Positions 20,987-30,779 are shown, counted from the stretch's first letter. The stretch: 64,000 nt of DNA from Thermoproteota archaeon (GCA_026986575.1 JALSOH010000006.1:384001-448000); one strand, 5' to 3'. Made by a program: numbers and translations. The notes: generated by a model not told the origin, from the letters alone.

Positions 20987-21090
20987 AAGAATGCCTCCTT
21001 TAGACTCATAATACCATGTTCTCTGACCGGTGCGTTGATCTTAAGTAAATTTTTATATATTTGCGCCCTAATTATAAATGTGGTGGTTCC

Positions 21091-21345
21091 GTGGATCAGA
21101 GGAAAATAGTTTCAGTAATCCTGATGTTGCAAATCATATTTCTTGCGGCGCCCTTTTGGATGAGCGGAAAAGCAGGAATGATATGGGGAGCTATAGCATA
21201 TCACGTCCATACACATTATCATAACCATCTAGCTTCGCACGTAGCTTTACATATGGCTATCACTCATATCATGATATACACCTTAGCAGGGTCTGGGTTT
21301 GGACCCATCGGAGCGTTAGCTGGCTTTCTAATAGGAATAGCATAA
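21091..21345 (+). CDS. 84-aa hydrophobic, His-rich peptide; candidate archaeocin/circular-peptide precursor
   Basis: GTG start after a GGTGG RBS; hydrophobic N-terminus, 8 His in 22 residues, Gly/Ala-rich C-terminus GPIGALAGFLIGIA. Confidence 0.6.
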   Translation: MDQRKIVSVILMLQIIFLAAPFWMSGKAGMIWGAIAYHVHTHYHNHLASHVALHMAITHIMIYTLAGSGFGPIGALAGFLIGIA

Positions 21346-21385
21346 ACCTAATTCTCTAACATTTTTATATCTTAGGTGAGGAGAC

Positions 21386-21796
21386 ATGTTATCCAAAAAG
21401 CGAAATCTTGTTGGTATTATGATATTTTTCATACTCATGACAATTTTCTTCGGAGTCTTTTCATATCAGTTGTGGATCTCTGAACCGGAGGATTTCCTCT
21501 TATATTTCGCTGTAGGATTTACCTCTAGCATTCTTATATTCCTACTTTTCTCTGGAGATGTTGATCCTTTGGATATGTCTTGGAGGGGAATAGATGTAAA
21601 AGATAGGAGAACTCTCCTAAAGTATCTAATCTTAATAGGCCTAGTAGGTGCACTGCTAGGATCAGCACTCCCTCATGCTCTTGGATATCAGAATGAATTT
21701 CTGTATATAGCAGCTTGGTATACAGTAGGGCTGGGTGTAGCAGTTGCTTCGCTCTTGATATTGCCCATACTCAGCTATTTTCATAACAGAAAATAA
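21386..21796 (+). CDS. Small 4-TM membrane protein (candidate immunity protein)
   Basis: GGTGAGGAG RBS and four hydrophobic segments; function inferred from context. Confidence 0.6.
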   Translation: MLSKKRNLVGIMIFFILMTIFFGVFSYQLWISEPEDFLLYFAVGFTSSILIFLLFSGDVDPLDMSWRGIDVKDRRTLLKYLILIGLVGALLGSALPHALGYQNEFLYIAAWYTVGLGVAVASLLILPILSYFHNRK

Positions 21797-21811
21797 AGTA
21801 GAAACACGGAG

Positions 21812-22435
21812 GTGGATGTTATAAATATCGGTGAAAAAGGTATTTGGATAGCAGCTCTTCTCCTGTATTTTGTGGGGTTCGGCTTGTCTCTTCTGGACAA
21901 CTCCACCCTGCAACATCCTACTACTCTCCGATGGAAATACATTGACTTAAAACTAAATCGCGAATATTATTTTATAATTACCTATGATTTTTTTAAAATT
22001 TGTCGAATGGATGACTACTCAAAAATTAAACTCATTTTGATAAACAATTTAGAGAGTGTTGTATTGACTGTGATGGGAGGAGTTGCTCTCTCGATACCGA
22101 CCGTCGTATCTACACTGTACAATGGATATCTTTTTGGCTCTTTTATCGGAGGTGCGCTTGCGAGTGGGCTAAGTTTAATCGAAATAATAAAACTAACTGT
22201 GTTTCATGGATTTATAGAGATAGCAGGATTCTTGATGGCGACTGTTGCAGGAATGCGTATCTCACTTTTATTAAAAGATTTATTGATATCATTACCTGAA
22301 GATCAAGATTTCTCTAAGAAGATGCGATTAAAAATTATAAGTATTATGAAACTCTTCCTATACTCTCTAATTTTTATTACTATAGCGGGATTGATAGAGG
22401 TGTACATCTCAATAGACCTAATCCTCTGCGGATAA
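21812..22435 (+). CDS. Stage II sporulation protein M (SpoIIM/DUF95) family membrane protein
   Basis: ILINNL, YNGYLFG, FHGFIEI and IAGLIEVYIS motifs. Confidence 0.85.
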   Translation: MDVINIGEKGIWIAALLLYFVGFGLSLLDNSTLQHPTTLRWKYIDLKLNREYYFIITYDFFKICRMDDYSKIKLILINNLESVVLTVMGGVALSIPTVVSTLYNGYLFGSFIGGALASGLSLIEIIKLTVFHGFIEIAGFLMATVAGMRISLLLKDLLISLPEDQDFSKKMRLKIISIMKLFLYSLIFITIAGLIEVYISIDLILCG

Positions 22436-22513
22436 CTCACCTATATTAATTTTAGGCAAATAATCAGGAGTTTCACTTACCTGCTATTTTGAAACAGCCA
22501 AATTGAGGCTGGA

Positions 22514-22549
22514 GGCGGAGGTGCGAGGTGCGCTACTAGGGAGTTCTAC
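22514..22549 (+). repeat. 36-bp direct repeat, right copy (attR-like)
   Basis: Identical to 18709-18744; local reading QIEAGGGGARCATREFYK* reproduces the deiminase C-terminus. Confidence 0.9.
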
Positions 22550-22601
22550 AAATGAAAATTCGTTAAACTTATATTATCACGGGGTTATATCGGCCGGTGG
22601 G

Positions 22602-23159
22602 ATGTTGGTCAGGCCCATGACCTTGTACGCCTTGGCCTCTTCCTTCGGAGGAGAGTCCATGGCCCACATGCGCTACATCCTCTTCGCCGAGAAGGCGGAG
22701 AGGGAAGGCTTTCCCAACGTCGCCAGATTGTTCAGGGCGATCGCCTATGCTGAGAGGGTCCACGCGAACAACCACTTCAACGCACTCTCCGAACTCAAGG
22801 GAGACCTGAAGGTGGTGGCCGGAGCGACCTTCGGCCCCGGGAGCACCTCCAAGAACTTGGAGCTTGCAATTATGGGGGAGGAATACGAGGTAGAGGAAAT
22901 GTATCCTGCATACATATCGGTGGCCGAGCTTCAGGGGGAGAGGAGAGCTGCTACAAGCTTCAAATGGGCCTTGGAGGCTGAGAAAATACATGCTGAGCTG
23001 TTCAGAGAGGCGAAGGATTATGTGGACAGGGGAGAGGATTACCCATTGGATGGGAAGATCTGGATATGTCCCGTATGCGGGCATACTCACGTGGGCCCGG
23101 AACCTCCGGAGAGATGCCCGGTCTGCGGGGCGCCTAGGGATAGGTACGAGGGTTTCTGA
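22602..23159 (+). CDS. rbr: Rubrerythrin
   Basis: GES.A..RY, EKAEREGF, AERVHA, E.YE...MYP, AEKIH and C-terminal CPVCG...CPVCG; the ORF extension to 22503 runs through the att repeat and is spurious. Confidence 0.9.
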   Translation: MLVRPMTLYALASSFGGESMAHMRYILFAEKAEREGFPNVARLFRAIAYAERVHANNHFNALSELKGDLKVVAGATFGPGSTSKNLELAIMGEEYEVEEMYPAYISVAELQGERRAATSFKWALEAEKIHAELFREAKDYVDRGEDYPLDGKIWICPVCGHTHVGPEPPERCPVCGAPRDRYEGF

Positions 23160-23224
23160 TCCCTCTATCCCTTCTTTAGTTGGTGGGGATTTGAAAGCGC
23201 GTAAGTTAACTTATTACTGAACCG

Positions 23225-24154
23225 GTGATCTTGAGGCGTATGAAACCAAATGGCCTGACGATCATCCTCCTGCTGGTAGTCGCGCTATCCCTCTCCCAGC
23301 TCATGTCTCAGAGCATCACCGCCCGAATAGAGCCCTCTTACATAGAAGCTTCTCCAGGGGAGAGCGTTGATCTGAGGTTGATCGTGAGGAACTTGGGCTC
23401 TAAGGAGATAGAGGTCACCGGGCTGAGGGTTTACGTCACTTCGGAGGAGGTGTTCTTCCTACCCATCCGCGCCAACTTCGGCGAGTATCAGATCCCCTTC
23501 GACGAGCCCACTAAGGTGGCACCCGGCGAGGAGGAGGCGATTCACAAGACCATCGAGGTCCCTGACGTGCCCGTCTTCGGCAAATTCCTCCTCAAGATCC
23601 GAGTGGAGACCACGGGCGGGAATGCTTTCTCCCTGCTGAGGGTCGATCTCAAACATTCGAACACTTCCATAGGGGTCTTCCTCTTCCTCCTGCTGGTACT
23701 CCTGCTCATAGTCTACGCGTTGATCAGGATGGTTAGGGGCAGGCTCTCCAGCGCTGGGAGGTTCAAGAGGAGGGTGAGCAAGGTCGATGCCCTCCTTGCC
23801 GAGAAGGAGAGGATCTTGGAACTGATGAGGAGGCTGGAGGAAAAGAGAGGGGAAGGGAAAGTAGGGGAGACTGAGTACAGGAGACTCAAGGAGGAGTACG
23901 AGAGGTCCCTCCGGGAGGTGCAGGCTAAGCTGGACTCGTACTTGGAACCGTTCAAATCCATGCTGGCGAACATAGAGCAGGAGATAGAGAAGCTCAAGGA
24001 GGATAGGGAGGTGGTGAGGGCCAAGATGGAGGTGGGCGATCTCTCCAAGGGAGAAGGGAAGAGAGCACTCAAAGAGAAGAATAGGGCCATCAAATCGCTG
24101 GAAGAAAGGGCTAGGGTCCTGAGGGACAGGATAGAGAGGATAGAGAGGACCTGA
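23225..24154 (+). CDS. Single-pass membrane protein with Ig-like ectodomain and cytoplasmic coiled coil
   Basis: Signal peptide, beta-rich domain, TM helix and E/K/R-rich coiled-coil C-terminus. Confidence 0.65.
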   Translation: MILRRMKPNGLTIILLLVVALSLSQLMSQSITARIEPSYIEASPGESVDLRLIVRNLGSKEIEVTGLRVYVTSEEVFFLPIRANFGEYQIPFDEPTKVAPGEEEAIHKTIEVPDVPVFGKFLLKIRVETTGGNAFSLLRVDLKHSNTSIGVFLFLLLVLLLIVYALIRMVRGRLSSAGRFKRRVSKVDALLAEKERILELMRRLEEKRGEGKVGETEYRRLKEEYERSLREVQAKLDSYLEPFKSMLANIEQEIEKLKEDREVVRAKMEVGDLSKGEGKRALKEKNRAIKSLEERARVLRDRIERIERT

Positions 24155-24197
24155 CTCCTCCTTCAATTATTTTAACTTGTTCCTACCGCGTAGCCCT

Positions 24198-25661
24198 ATG
24201 GATCGGATCGTCTCTCCAGAAGTGAAGGAGCTGGTCAGGAGGTACAGGGACATTAGATCCCTCGGCTACGCCCTCTCCCTCTTGGGATGGGACATGGAGA
24301 CCTACATGCCCCCCGGTGCCTTCAGGGAGAGGGGAGAGATAAGGGGAATCCTCAGGACCCAGGTCCAGAGGCTGTACACCCATCCAGAGTTCATATCCTT
24401 GGTTGAGAGTGCTAAGCCGCAGAACGACCTCGAGAGGGGCATAATCCGGGTTCTGAAAAGGTGGATAAAATACTACACTAAAATACCTAGGGAGTTCATA
24501 GAGGAGGAGGAACGTACCACTGCTGAGGCCTTCCAGGTTTGGAGGGAGGCGAAGGCTAAGTCGAATTTTGAGATGTTCAGGCCGGTACTCGAGAAGATCG
24601 TGGAGCTGGAGAGGAGGAAGGCCGACTACCTAGGGTACGAGGATCATCCCTACGATGCCCTGCTTGACCTGTACGAGGAGGGTCTCACGGTCAAGAAGTG
24701 CGAGAGGATGTTCTCAAAGGTCCCCCGGATATCTGATCTGTTCAAGAAGGTGAAGGATCGATATCCAGAGAGGCATCCTCTAGAGGACGAATCCTACGAT
24801 GAGACCTTCCTGAGGAGGCTAATAGAATACGTCTTGGGGGTTCTAGGGTTCGACTTCAACAGAGGCAGGGTGGACACGTCACCTCACCCCTTCACAGTCG
24901 AGATGGGCCTCTATGACATCAGGATCACCGTGAGGTTCGAGGGAAAGGACTTCAGGAGGGCCCTCATGGCTGTTGTACACGAGTTCGGCCACGCCACCTA
25001 CGAGATGAACATAAGCGAGGATCTGTGGATGACTCCCGTTCAGACGGGTGTCTCGCTTGGAGTTCACGAATCACAGTCTAGGTTCTGGGAGAACGTGGTG
25101 GGGAGGTCCAGGGCGTTCGTCAGGAGGTTCAGGAACGAGATGATCATGGCCCTCCCGTTCCTCAAGGGATACGATGAGGAGGAGATGTACAGGTACCTCA
25201 CGCTTGTCAGGCCCGAGCTGATAAGGGTGGAAGCGGACGAGGTGCAGTATGTCCTCCACATATACCTCAGGTACAAGCTGGAGAGGGCGATGATCGAGGG
25301 AAGCGTGAACGTAAAGGAGCTTCCTGAGATATGGAACGACACGATGGAGGAGCTAGTCGGGGTAAGGCCACCCAACGACTCCTTGGGCGTGCTGCAGGAT
25401 ATTCACTGGGCTCATGCTTCCATAGGCTACTTCCCCACGTACGCTATCGGCACAATGCTCGCGGCCCAGTACTATAGGAGGCTCGACTTGAGGGAGGCTG
25501 TGGATAGAGCAGAATTCTCTACCCTGATGAGCGTCCTGAGAGAGAGGATACATAGGTGGGGGGCCGTCTATCCACCCGATGAGCTAATAGTCAGGGCCAC
25601 AGGCGAGGAGTTCAATCCCGAGCACTTCCTCCATTACTTGGAGGAGAAGTACCTGTCCTAG
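24198..25661 (+). CDS. Carboxypeptidase M32 (Taq/Pfu type)
   Basis: LLGWD.ETYMP, HPF, HEFGHA, HESQSR, IRVEADE, QDIHW and GYFPTY. Confidence 0.95.
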   Translation: MDRIVSPEVKELVRRYRDIRSLGYALSLLGWDMETYMPPGAFRERGEIRGILRTQVQRLYTHPEFISLVESAKPQNDLERGIIRVLKRWIKYYTKIPREFIEEEERTTAEAFQVWREAKAKSNFEMFRPVLEKIVELERRKADYLGYEDHPYDALLDLYEEGLTVKKCERMFSKVPRISDLFKKVKDRYPERHPLEDESYDETFLRRLIEYVLGVLGFDFNRGRVDTSPHPFTVEMGLYDIRITVRFEGKDFRRALMAVVHEFGHATYEMNISEDLWMTPVQTGVSLGVHESQSRFWENVVGRSRAFVRRFRNEMIMALPFLKGYDEEEMYRYLTLVRPELIRVEADEVQYVLHIYLRYKLERAMIEGSVNVKELPEIWNDTMEELVGVRPPNDSLGVLQDIHWAHASIGYFPTYAIGTMLAAQYYRRLDLREAVDRAEFSTLMSVLRERIHRWGAVYPPDELIVRATGEEFNPEHFLHYLEEKYLS

Positions 25662-27084
25662 CCCTCCACCATTTTCTCACCACAAGCGTCGCCACGAGGA
25701 GTGCTGCCAACAGCAGAACTATCCAATACAACCCCGTCACCTCAGGAACCTCCTTACCCTCCGTGGCTGTGCTCTCGGAGGTAGTGGGAGCGGAAGTGGA
25801 AGTAATAGCGCTGGTGCTGGTGGTCGGTGAGGCGACCTTAGTCCGTGTTGGGGATTGAGTAGCTGGGGTTTTACTAGTTTGCGTTTCTCCAACTTTCTTC
25901 TCGGGGATTTCGCTGTTTAAAACTGCAGTTATCTTCCCATAGCTCGCCACCAGCTTGCCCTCCCCTCTAACCTCCAGGGTCACATTGAAAGGTGGAACCC
26001 CGACTACCTCGGTGGCGTTCACGCGCAAGTCACCGAAGGGGGTCAGCTTCACCCTTATTGAAATGTCGGCCCCTCCCAGCCTCTTCACCACAAGTTTTAC
26101 CTTCCCACTACCGTTTATCTCCTCAGGGCTGAACGATAGCGACACCTCCGGGGCCTTCACTCTCACCTTCACCACGACTAGACTAGGTCCCGACTTAGCG
26201 ATGGCGGTCCTGTAGTACTCGCTCTCCACCCTCACCTCGTGCACTCCCTCGCTTATATTGGTCTCTAGGATCCCATTCCTATCGGTGAAACCGTAAAACA
26301 CTCCATCCACATAAACGGACGCATTTCTGACCGGATAACCTGCTTCAGTGACTACTTTGACGGTCAGATTCCTGTACTCAGGCTGGGGCCTCCTCTCCCG
26401 CGAGACCGCCGTAAAGTCACAGCAGCCGACGGTCGATTCTCCCATGCTCTCAGCTAGAATGCAGACCCTCCTCTCACCCTCAGGCCCATCATCCAATCGG
26501 GAGATGGAGTAAAGCCCAGCCTTTAGAGATCCCTCGAATAGAACAATGGTATTGGTCCCTCGCTCCAGTACTACAGTGACGTTGGAGTCCCTGCTCACGA
26601 AGAACAGGAAGGTAATATTACTTCCGACATCGATCTCATTACCGCATCCTTGGAGGATCCGTATTCCAGCCTCCATCACGTTCCTCAGTTTCTTGAGGTA
26701 ATGATCGCCGCACTCCAAGATCACGGTCTGCCTGCAGCACTTGGTCTCCAAGTATCCCTTGACCTCCACGAAGTCTCCAACCTCTACGGCGTCAATGTGG
26801 GGGATTCCAGAGCAGCTATCCTTGCCTTTTAATACTTCGATAACACCCCCCTCTGTGAGAGGACCCTCCAGCACTTCCTCAACCCATACGATCGCGTAAC
26901 CTTTACCCACAGCACCAACGTGACCCCTGAAGATTACCGTGGAGGAACCTTGGGTGGTGATTAGGGGTATCATGAGGAGGGACGCTAGGACGGCCACCTT
27001 AGCTAGGTTCATCATGCAGGGTATTGGGGAACCTCTATTAACCCTTTTGCTGCATATTAGTAAGTAAGATGGAGTAAGATTCAT
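25612..27084 (-). CDS. Cell-surface protein with PEGA/carboxypeptidase-regulatory-like domain, Thr/Ser linker and C-terminal TM anchor
   Basis: NASVYVDGVFYGFTD motif; signal peptide; true start probably near 27014. Confidence 0.7.
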   Translation of the reverse strand: MNLTPSYLLICSKRVNRGSPIPCMMNLAKVAVLASLLMIPLITTQGSSTVIFRGHVGAVGKGYAIVWVEEVLEGPLTEGGVIEVLKGKDSCSGIPHIDAVEVGDFVEVKGYLETKCCRQTVILECGDHYLKKLRNVMEAGIRILQGCGNEIDVGSNITFLFFVSRDSNVTVVLERGTNTIVLFEGSLKAGLYSISRLDDGPEGERRVCILAESMGESTVGCCDFTAVSRERRPQPEYRNLTVKVVTEAGYPVRNASVYVDGVFYGFTDRNGILETNISEGVHEVRVESEYYRTAIAKSGPSLVVVKVRVKAPEVSLSFSPEEINGSGKVKLVVKRLGGADISIRVKLTPFGDLRVNATEVVGVPPFNVTLEVRGEGKLVASYGKITAVLNSEIPEKKVGETQTSKTPATQSPTRTKVASPTTSTSAITSTSAPTTSESTATEGKEVPEVTGLYWIVLLLAALLVATLVVRKWWRARTGTSPPSNGGSARD

Positions 27085-27367
27085 AGTTCCCCAAAAAAGA
27101 GGTCATCTAATCGTTTCTCATATGACAGCGGTTGAAGTTAGCTAGGAAACCTTCTTCCGCTTTTTTACCCAAAATAATTGCTCGCAATACCCGAAGTTAG
27201 GATTTCTAATTTATGAAAAACTTGATATGAAAAAAGAGGGCAGTTCCCTTTATAAGACCCATTCGCCGGTTTAGTGAGGGTAACACCCCCACAGCGCCGT
27301 CCTAATCTTTTTTCTTCCATTTTTTCTCCTCAGGACCCTCTATCAATAAAAAGGGAACCAAAAATAG

Positions 27368-28240
27368 TCATATAATGCCTGATAGGTGTCTACTACGCTG
27401 GGGGAGTAGATGGGTTCCGTCGCATGAAGGGGCTCTCAGCAGGTCCCTAAATCCCTCTCTACACACAGAGGCGGTCATTCCTAGTTTAAGAGCCTCTTCG
27501 ACTGCATGTTTCAGTAGGCGATACCTCTTAGATGTGGGCATGTACCTATATCCCCTCACTATAACCCCCTCATCGTAGTAAAGGCGTCTCCACACATTGG
27601 CCAAATTCGGGAAGGAGAGAACCATCCTCGTGAAATTATCGGGTTTTGCCTTGTACGTGGAGAAGACCACGTGCTCAGCCCCCGAGTCCCTTATCTCCCT
27701 GAGCAGCTCCTTCAGATCTCTAGGATCGTCTGTGAGCTCGGGTATTATGGGATCCACTCGAGCCCCCTTCCTCACCTCCATTGATGCTAGGGCATCGAGC
27801 CTAGAACTGGGTGGGGGGGCGAAAGGTTCGAGTTTTGAGGCCAATTCCCTATCCAGTGTGGTAATGGTGACCATCAACCCGTCAAATAATCCCTGATCTC
27901 TCATGAAACCCACTCCCTTCGTGGTTAGGAGGACCCTGAATCCTTTAGAGCGGAGCACCTCGAGAGAGGCTCTAGTCAGTCCTAGGACCATCTCCTCTGG
28001 GGGATATGGGTCGCTGCTCGTGGACATGTCGACCGGGAGGGAAGGATCAACCCTCTCAAGGTCCCTCTTCAACCTCTTCAGGAAGTCCTTTTTGGGCCTG
28101 CTGGGCTTTCGACCCACATAGGATGTGGCGTAGCAGTAGAGGCAGTAGTGAGAACAGCCCGTGTAGGGATGTAGGGAGTACTTGGGAGGGCATGTGCAGA
28201 GGGGGCTCTTCCAAGGATCGAAAGGTCGGAGAACATCCAT
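27368..28240 (-). CDS. Spore-photoproduct-lyase-like radical SAM protein
   Basis: PYTGCSHYCLYCYA, STSSDPYP, LLTTK, LEP.APPP..RL and RVDPIIP. Confidence 0.85.
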   Translation of the reverse strand: MDVLRPFDPWKSPLCTCPPKYSLHPYTGCSHYCLYCYATSYVGRKPSRPKKDFLKRLKRDLERVDPSLPVDMSTSSDPYPPEEMVLGLTRASLEVLRSKGFRVLLTTKGVGFMRDQGLFDGLMVTITTLDRELASKLEPFAPPPSSRLDALASMEVRKGARVDPIIPELTDDPRDLKELLREIRDSGAEHVVFSTYKAKPDNFTRMVLSFPNLANVWRRLYYDEGVIVRGYRYMPTSKRYRLLKHAVEEALKLGMTASVCREGFRDLLRAPSCDGTHLLPQRSRHLSGII

Positions 28241-28270
28241 CGTTAAGAGGCTGAGTGACCCTACTTATAG

Positions 28271-28819
28271 GTGCGCGCAATGGACAGGAAGGCGCTGCTG
28301 TTGTGTATCGCGGTGATCGCTATAATACTGGTCCAATTCAACCATCTGCTACCCAAGGGAAAAAATACAGGGAGCGATCAAGCAAGGGTCAGCGCTTACT
28401 TCTGCCCGGAGGACGGTTGCAGCCAAGTAGTCATTCGGTGGATCGAGAGGGCCAACAAATCGATTGATCTGGCGATGTACTCCTTCACACTGGATTCCAT
28501 AGGGGAGACCTTGGTGAGGGCGAAGGAGAGGGGCATCCGGGTCAGGGTGATACTCGAATCTGAGAGGATCGACAGGTACAGCGAATACGGAAGGCTCAGG
28601 GCAGCTGGCGTGGAAGTTGAGCTCGATCGGAACAGCTACCTGATGCACAATAAATTCATGGTAATCGATGGGGGCGTGGTGCTGACGGGCAGCTTCAACT
28701 ACACTTGGTCAGGGGATAAGAAGAATGACGAGAACTTGGTGGTCATAGTGGATGAGGGGATTGCCTCAGCATTCGAGTCAGAGTTCAATGAGATGTGGTC
28801 GGGGATCTTCGGGAAGTGA
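28271..28819 (+). CDS. Phospholipase D-family (Nuc-like) nuclease with N-terminal membrane anchor
   Basis: MHNKFMVID...TGSFNYT...NDEN HKD motif. Confidence 0.85.
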   Translation: MRAMDRKALLLCIAVIAIILVQFNHLLPKGKNTGSDQARVSAYFCPEDGCSQVVIRWIERANKSIDLAMYSFTLDSIGETLVRAKERGIRVRVILESERIDRYSEYGRLRAAGVEVELDRNSYLMHNKFMVIDGGVVLTGSFNYTWSGDKKNDENLVVIVDEGIASAFESEFNEMWSGIFGK

Positions 28820-28889
28820 TCAATCAGGTGTAAAAACCTCAAGCGGGTACAAAGCGTGGGAACTGCCACGAGTCCCTATTTTTGATCCT

Positions 28890-30779
28890 TCAACCCCGCT
28901 TGGTACTGAGCAGGGAGCGCAAGAAGTCGAAGGGCCTGTAGGCCCGCCTCACCATCTCCACATACCTCTGCGCATCATATCCCCCTCTTCCCATCTCCAC
29001 CGGATAGGGAAAGGTCGCCTCAATGTACCTAATCGATCCACCGCTCGCATTGATCAAGGAGGCTGCTCTCCAGTGGCTGATCTCCCTACTATAGGGAGGA
29101 TCAATCCTCTTCTCCATTACTAGGAGCTCTTCAGGCACCTTGTAACGTATCAGGGAGTTCTCAGTATCTTCAAACATCCTTTGAACCTTCATAAGAGCCG
29201 ATAGTAGGGTACTGGGATCTCCTGCCTCTCCTAACAGGTCAAGCGATCTCTCCACGAGGTGCCTGAGCAGAGGAGGCATGTCCCTCCTGACGATCCCCTT
29301 GGCCTTTATGCCACCCTCCACCAACCTCCCCAAGTATCTAGAGGGCACCCCCAACTCACCTCCCTCCTCCGGCGGGAAGAACACCAGCCAGCTGTAAACA
29401 GAATCGACCCTTATCTTGTATCCCAGCTCGTTCTCTATCTCCTCAGCTAGAGAATGGGGATCGGGGGTCCTCACGAAGAGGGAATCCACCAGGAAGTGGA
29501 TCACCTCACCCCTCCTAGATGCCACTTCCATAGCTCTGAATGCGAGATGCCTCGCCATGGCGGTGACGCTCTCATATGATTCTATGCTACCGAACCTCGC
29601 GTTTCTATACCCTAGATATCCGAAGCAGGCCACCAATACCCATTTTATCGCTTCTAACCTGTCAGAATCGCCCATTGACTTGTATAACCTCTTCCTTCTC
29701 ACTAGTTCGCTTACTGCCTCCGATACCAATCCTCTCCTCTCCCTGCATATCCTGTGGCCCACCCCAGGGATCTCGAACCAGTCAGAGCATGAGGGATCGT
29801 TTACTGTCTCCGGGCTTATGTTCTCCTGACTTATTATTGATGGGAAGAAGGAGTCGAAGTCCAGCTGGGCTACGCCCCAGTAGATCCCCGCTTTGGGAGT
29901 GAGAATGAGGCCTCCCCTATCTGCTCTCACCAGCTCCCCGATGCTCTTCCATCCCTCTACCCTCACGGCCACGTTCGGTACCAAGTATTTCCTCTCCATG
30001 GCCTTGAAGGCTTCCACGCTGGTAAGCACCTTCCCTATCGTGTAGCCGGACGCCAGCCTGATCGGAGCATGAGAGAGGGAGCTCCACTCCATGAGTCCCC
30101 TCACGGTAACGCCCAGCGGTAAGGAGTCTACTAGCACGCCTCTCTTCAAGGCAGATCTGACTCCGGGAATCGAGAGGGCTAGCTTCCTCCACTTAGAGCC
30201 CTCCAGAACAATCACATGAGGCGAGTAAGATTCGACGATATCACCCGCCTCTCTCGGGCCCAGCGTGATGAGATCACCGTTAAGGGAGACCTCCACCTCC
30301 CTGACATACCTCCAAGAGGGAACGTTGGGAGGGCCGGCCCATCCCCTGAAACCCATCCTCACGTACTTGGGCTCGGGTATATCTCCACCGCACGAGGAGG
30401 GGATGAGGCCAGATCTCCACAGGACCTGCTGAAGCTGAGGTGGAAAGGTGTTCCACAGCTCCACCTTGTCGCGAAGAGCCCTAAAAACGCGCCTGTAGAG
30501 GCTTGGCTCTACTTCGATGACGGCCACATGGAGCGAGCTCCTGTAAAGTGGGGGTTTGATCCATTCCTCCACCCTCATGTCTAGATCATGGGCATCAACG
30601 AACTCCTCCAGCCACCTCTCATAAGAGGCGTATATCTCTAACGAGATCCTCCTCCTTTCAATCCTACGCCCATCCCCGTTGACGAAGAGGAGCTCCAATT
30701 CGTCACCTAACTTGGCGTCCAGCAGCCACTCGCACACATTCCGCAGTCGGCAGTCATAATTCAAAGGGAACGTTTTCAC
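28890..30779 (-). CDS. polB2: Family B DNA polymerase, PolB2/Dpo2 clade
   Basis: DRGG, DFDSFFPSII, NISPET and KWVLVACFGYLGY; YGDTDS replaced by HFLVDSLF; no intact exonuclease motifs seen. Confidence 0.85.
   Translation of the reverse strand: MKTFPLNYDCRLRNVCEWLLDAKLGDELELLFVNGDGRRIERRRISLEIYASYERWLEEFVDAHDLDMRVEEWIKPPLYRSSLHVAVIEVEPSLYRRVFRALRDKVELWNTFPPQLQQVLWRSGLIPSSCGGDIPEPKYVRMGFRGWAGPPNVPSWRYVREVEVSLNGDLITLGPREAGDIVESYSPHVIVLEGSKWRKLALSIPGVRSALKRGVLVDSLPLGVTVRGLMEWSSLSHAPIRLASGYTIGKVLTSVEAFKAMERKYLVPNVAVRVEGWKSIGELVRADRGGLILTPKAGIYWGVAQLDFDSFFPSIISQENISPETVNDPSCSDWFEIPGVGHRICRERRGLVSEAVSELVRRKRLYKSMGDSDRLEAIKWVLVACFGYLGYRNARFGSIESYESVTAMARHLAFRAMEVASRRGEVIHFLVDSLFVRTPDPHSLAEEIENELGYKIRVDSVYSWLVFFPPEEGGELGVPSRYLGRLVEGGIKAKGIVRRDMPPLLRHLVERSLDLLGEAGDPSTLLSALMKVQRMFEDTENSLIRYKVPEELLVMEKRIDPPYSREISHWRAASLINASGGSIRYIEATFPYPVEMGRGGYDAQRYVEMVRRAYRPFDFLRSLLSTKRG

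Larger units (their letters stand above)
18709..22549. mobile_element. AT-rich integrated island without an integrase, carrying a peptide/SpoIIM/Yip1/permease cassette
   Basis: Flanked by the 36-bp direct repeat duplicating the host gene 3' end; interior is visibly more AT-rich than the flanks. Confidence 0.7.

Noticed and set aside
22503-22601. N-terminal extension of rubrerythrin in the ORF track
   Set aside because: Runs through the attR-like repeat and promoter; family similarity starts at ATG 22602.
27085-27367. Intergenic AT-rich gap checked for tRNA or other RNA genes
   Set aside because: No cloverleaf or T-loop consensus; I recognised no tRNA or rRNA gene anywhere in the window.
28271-28819. 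PLD nuclease as part of the PolB2 repair module or a defence system
   Set aside because: The N-terminal hydrophobic anchor suggests a surface nuclease, and it is on the strand opposite both neighbours.
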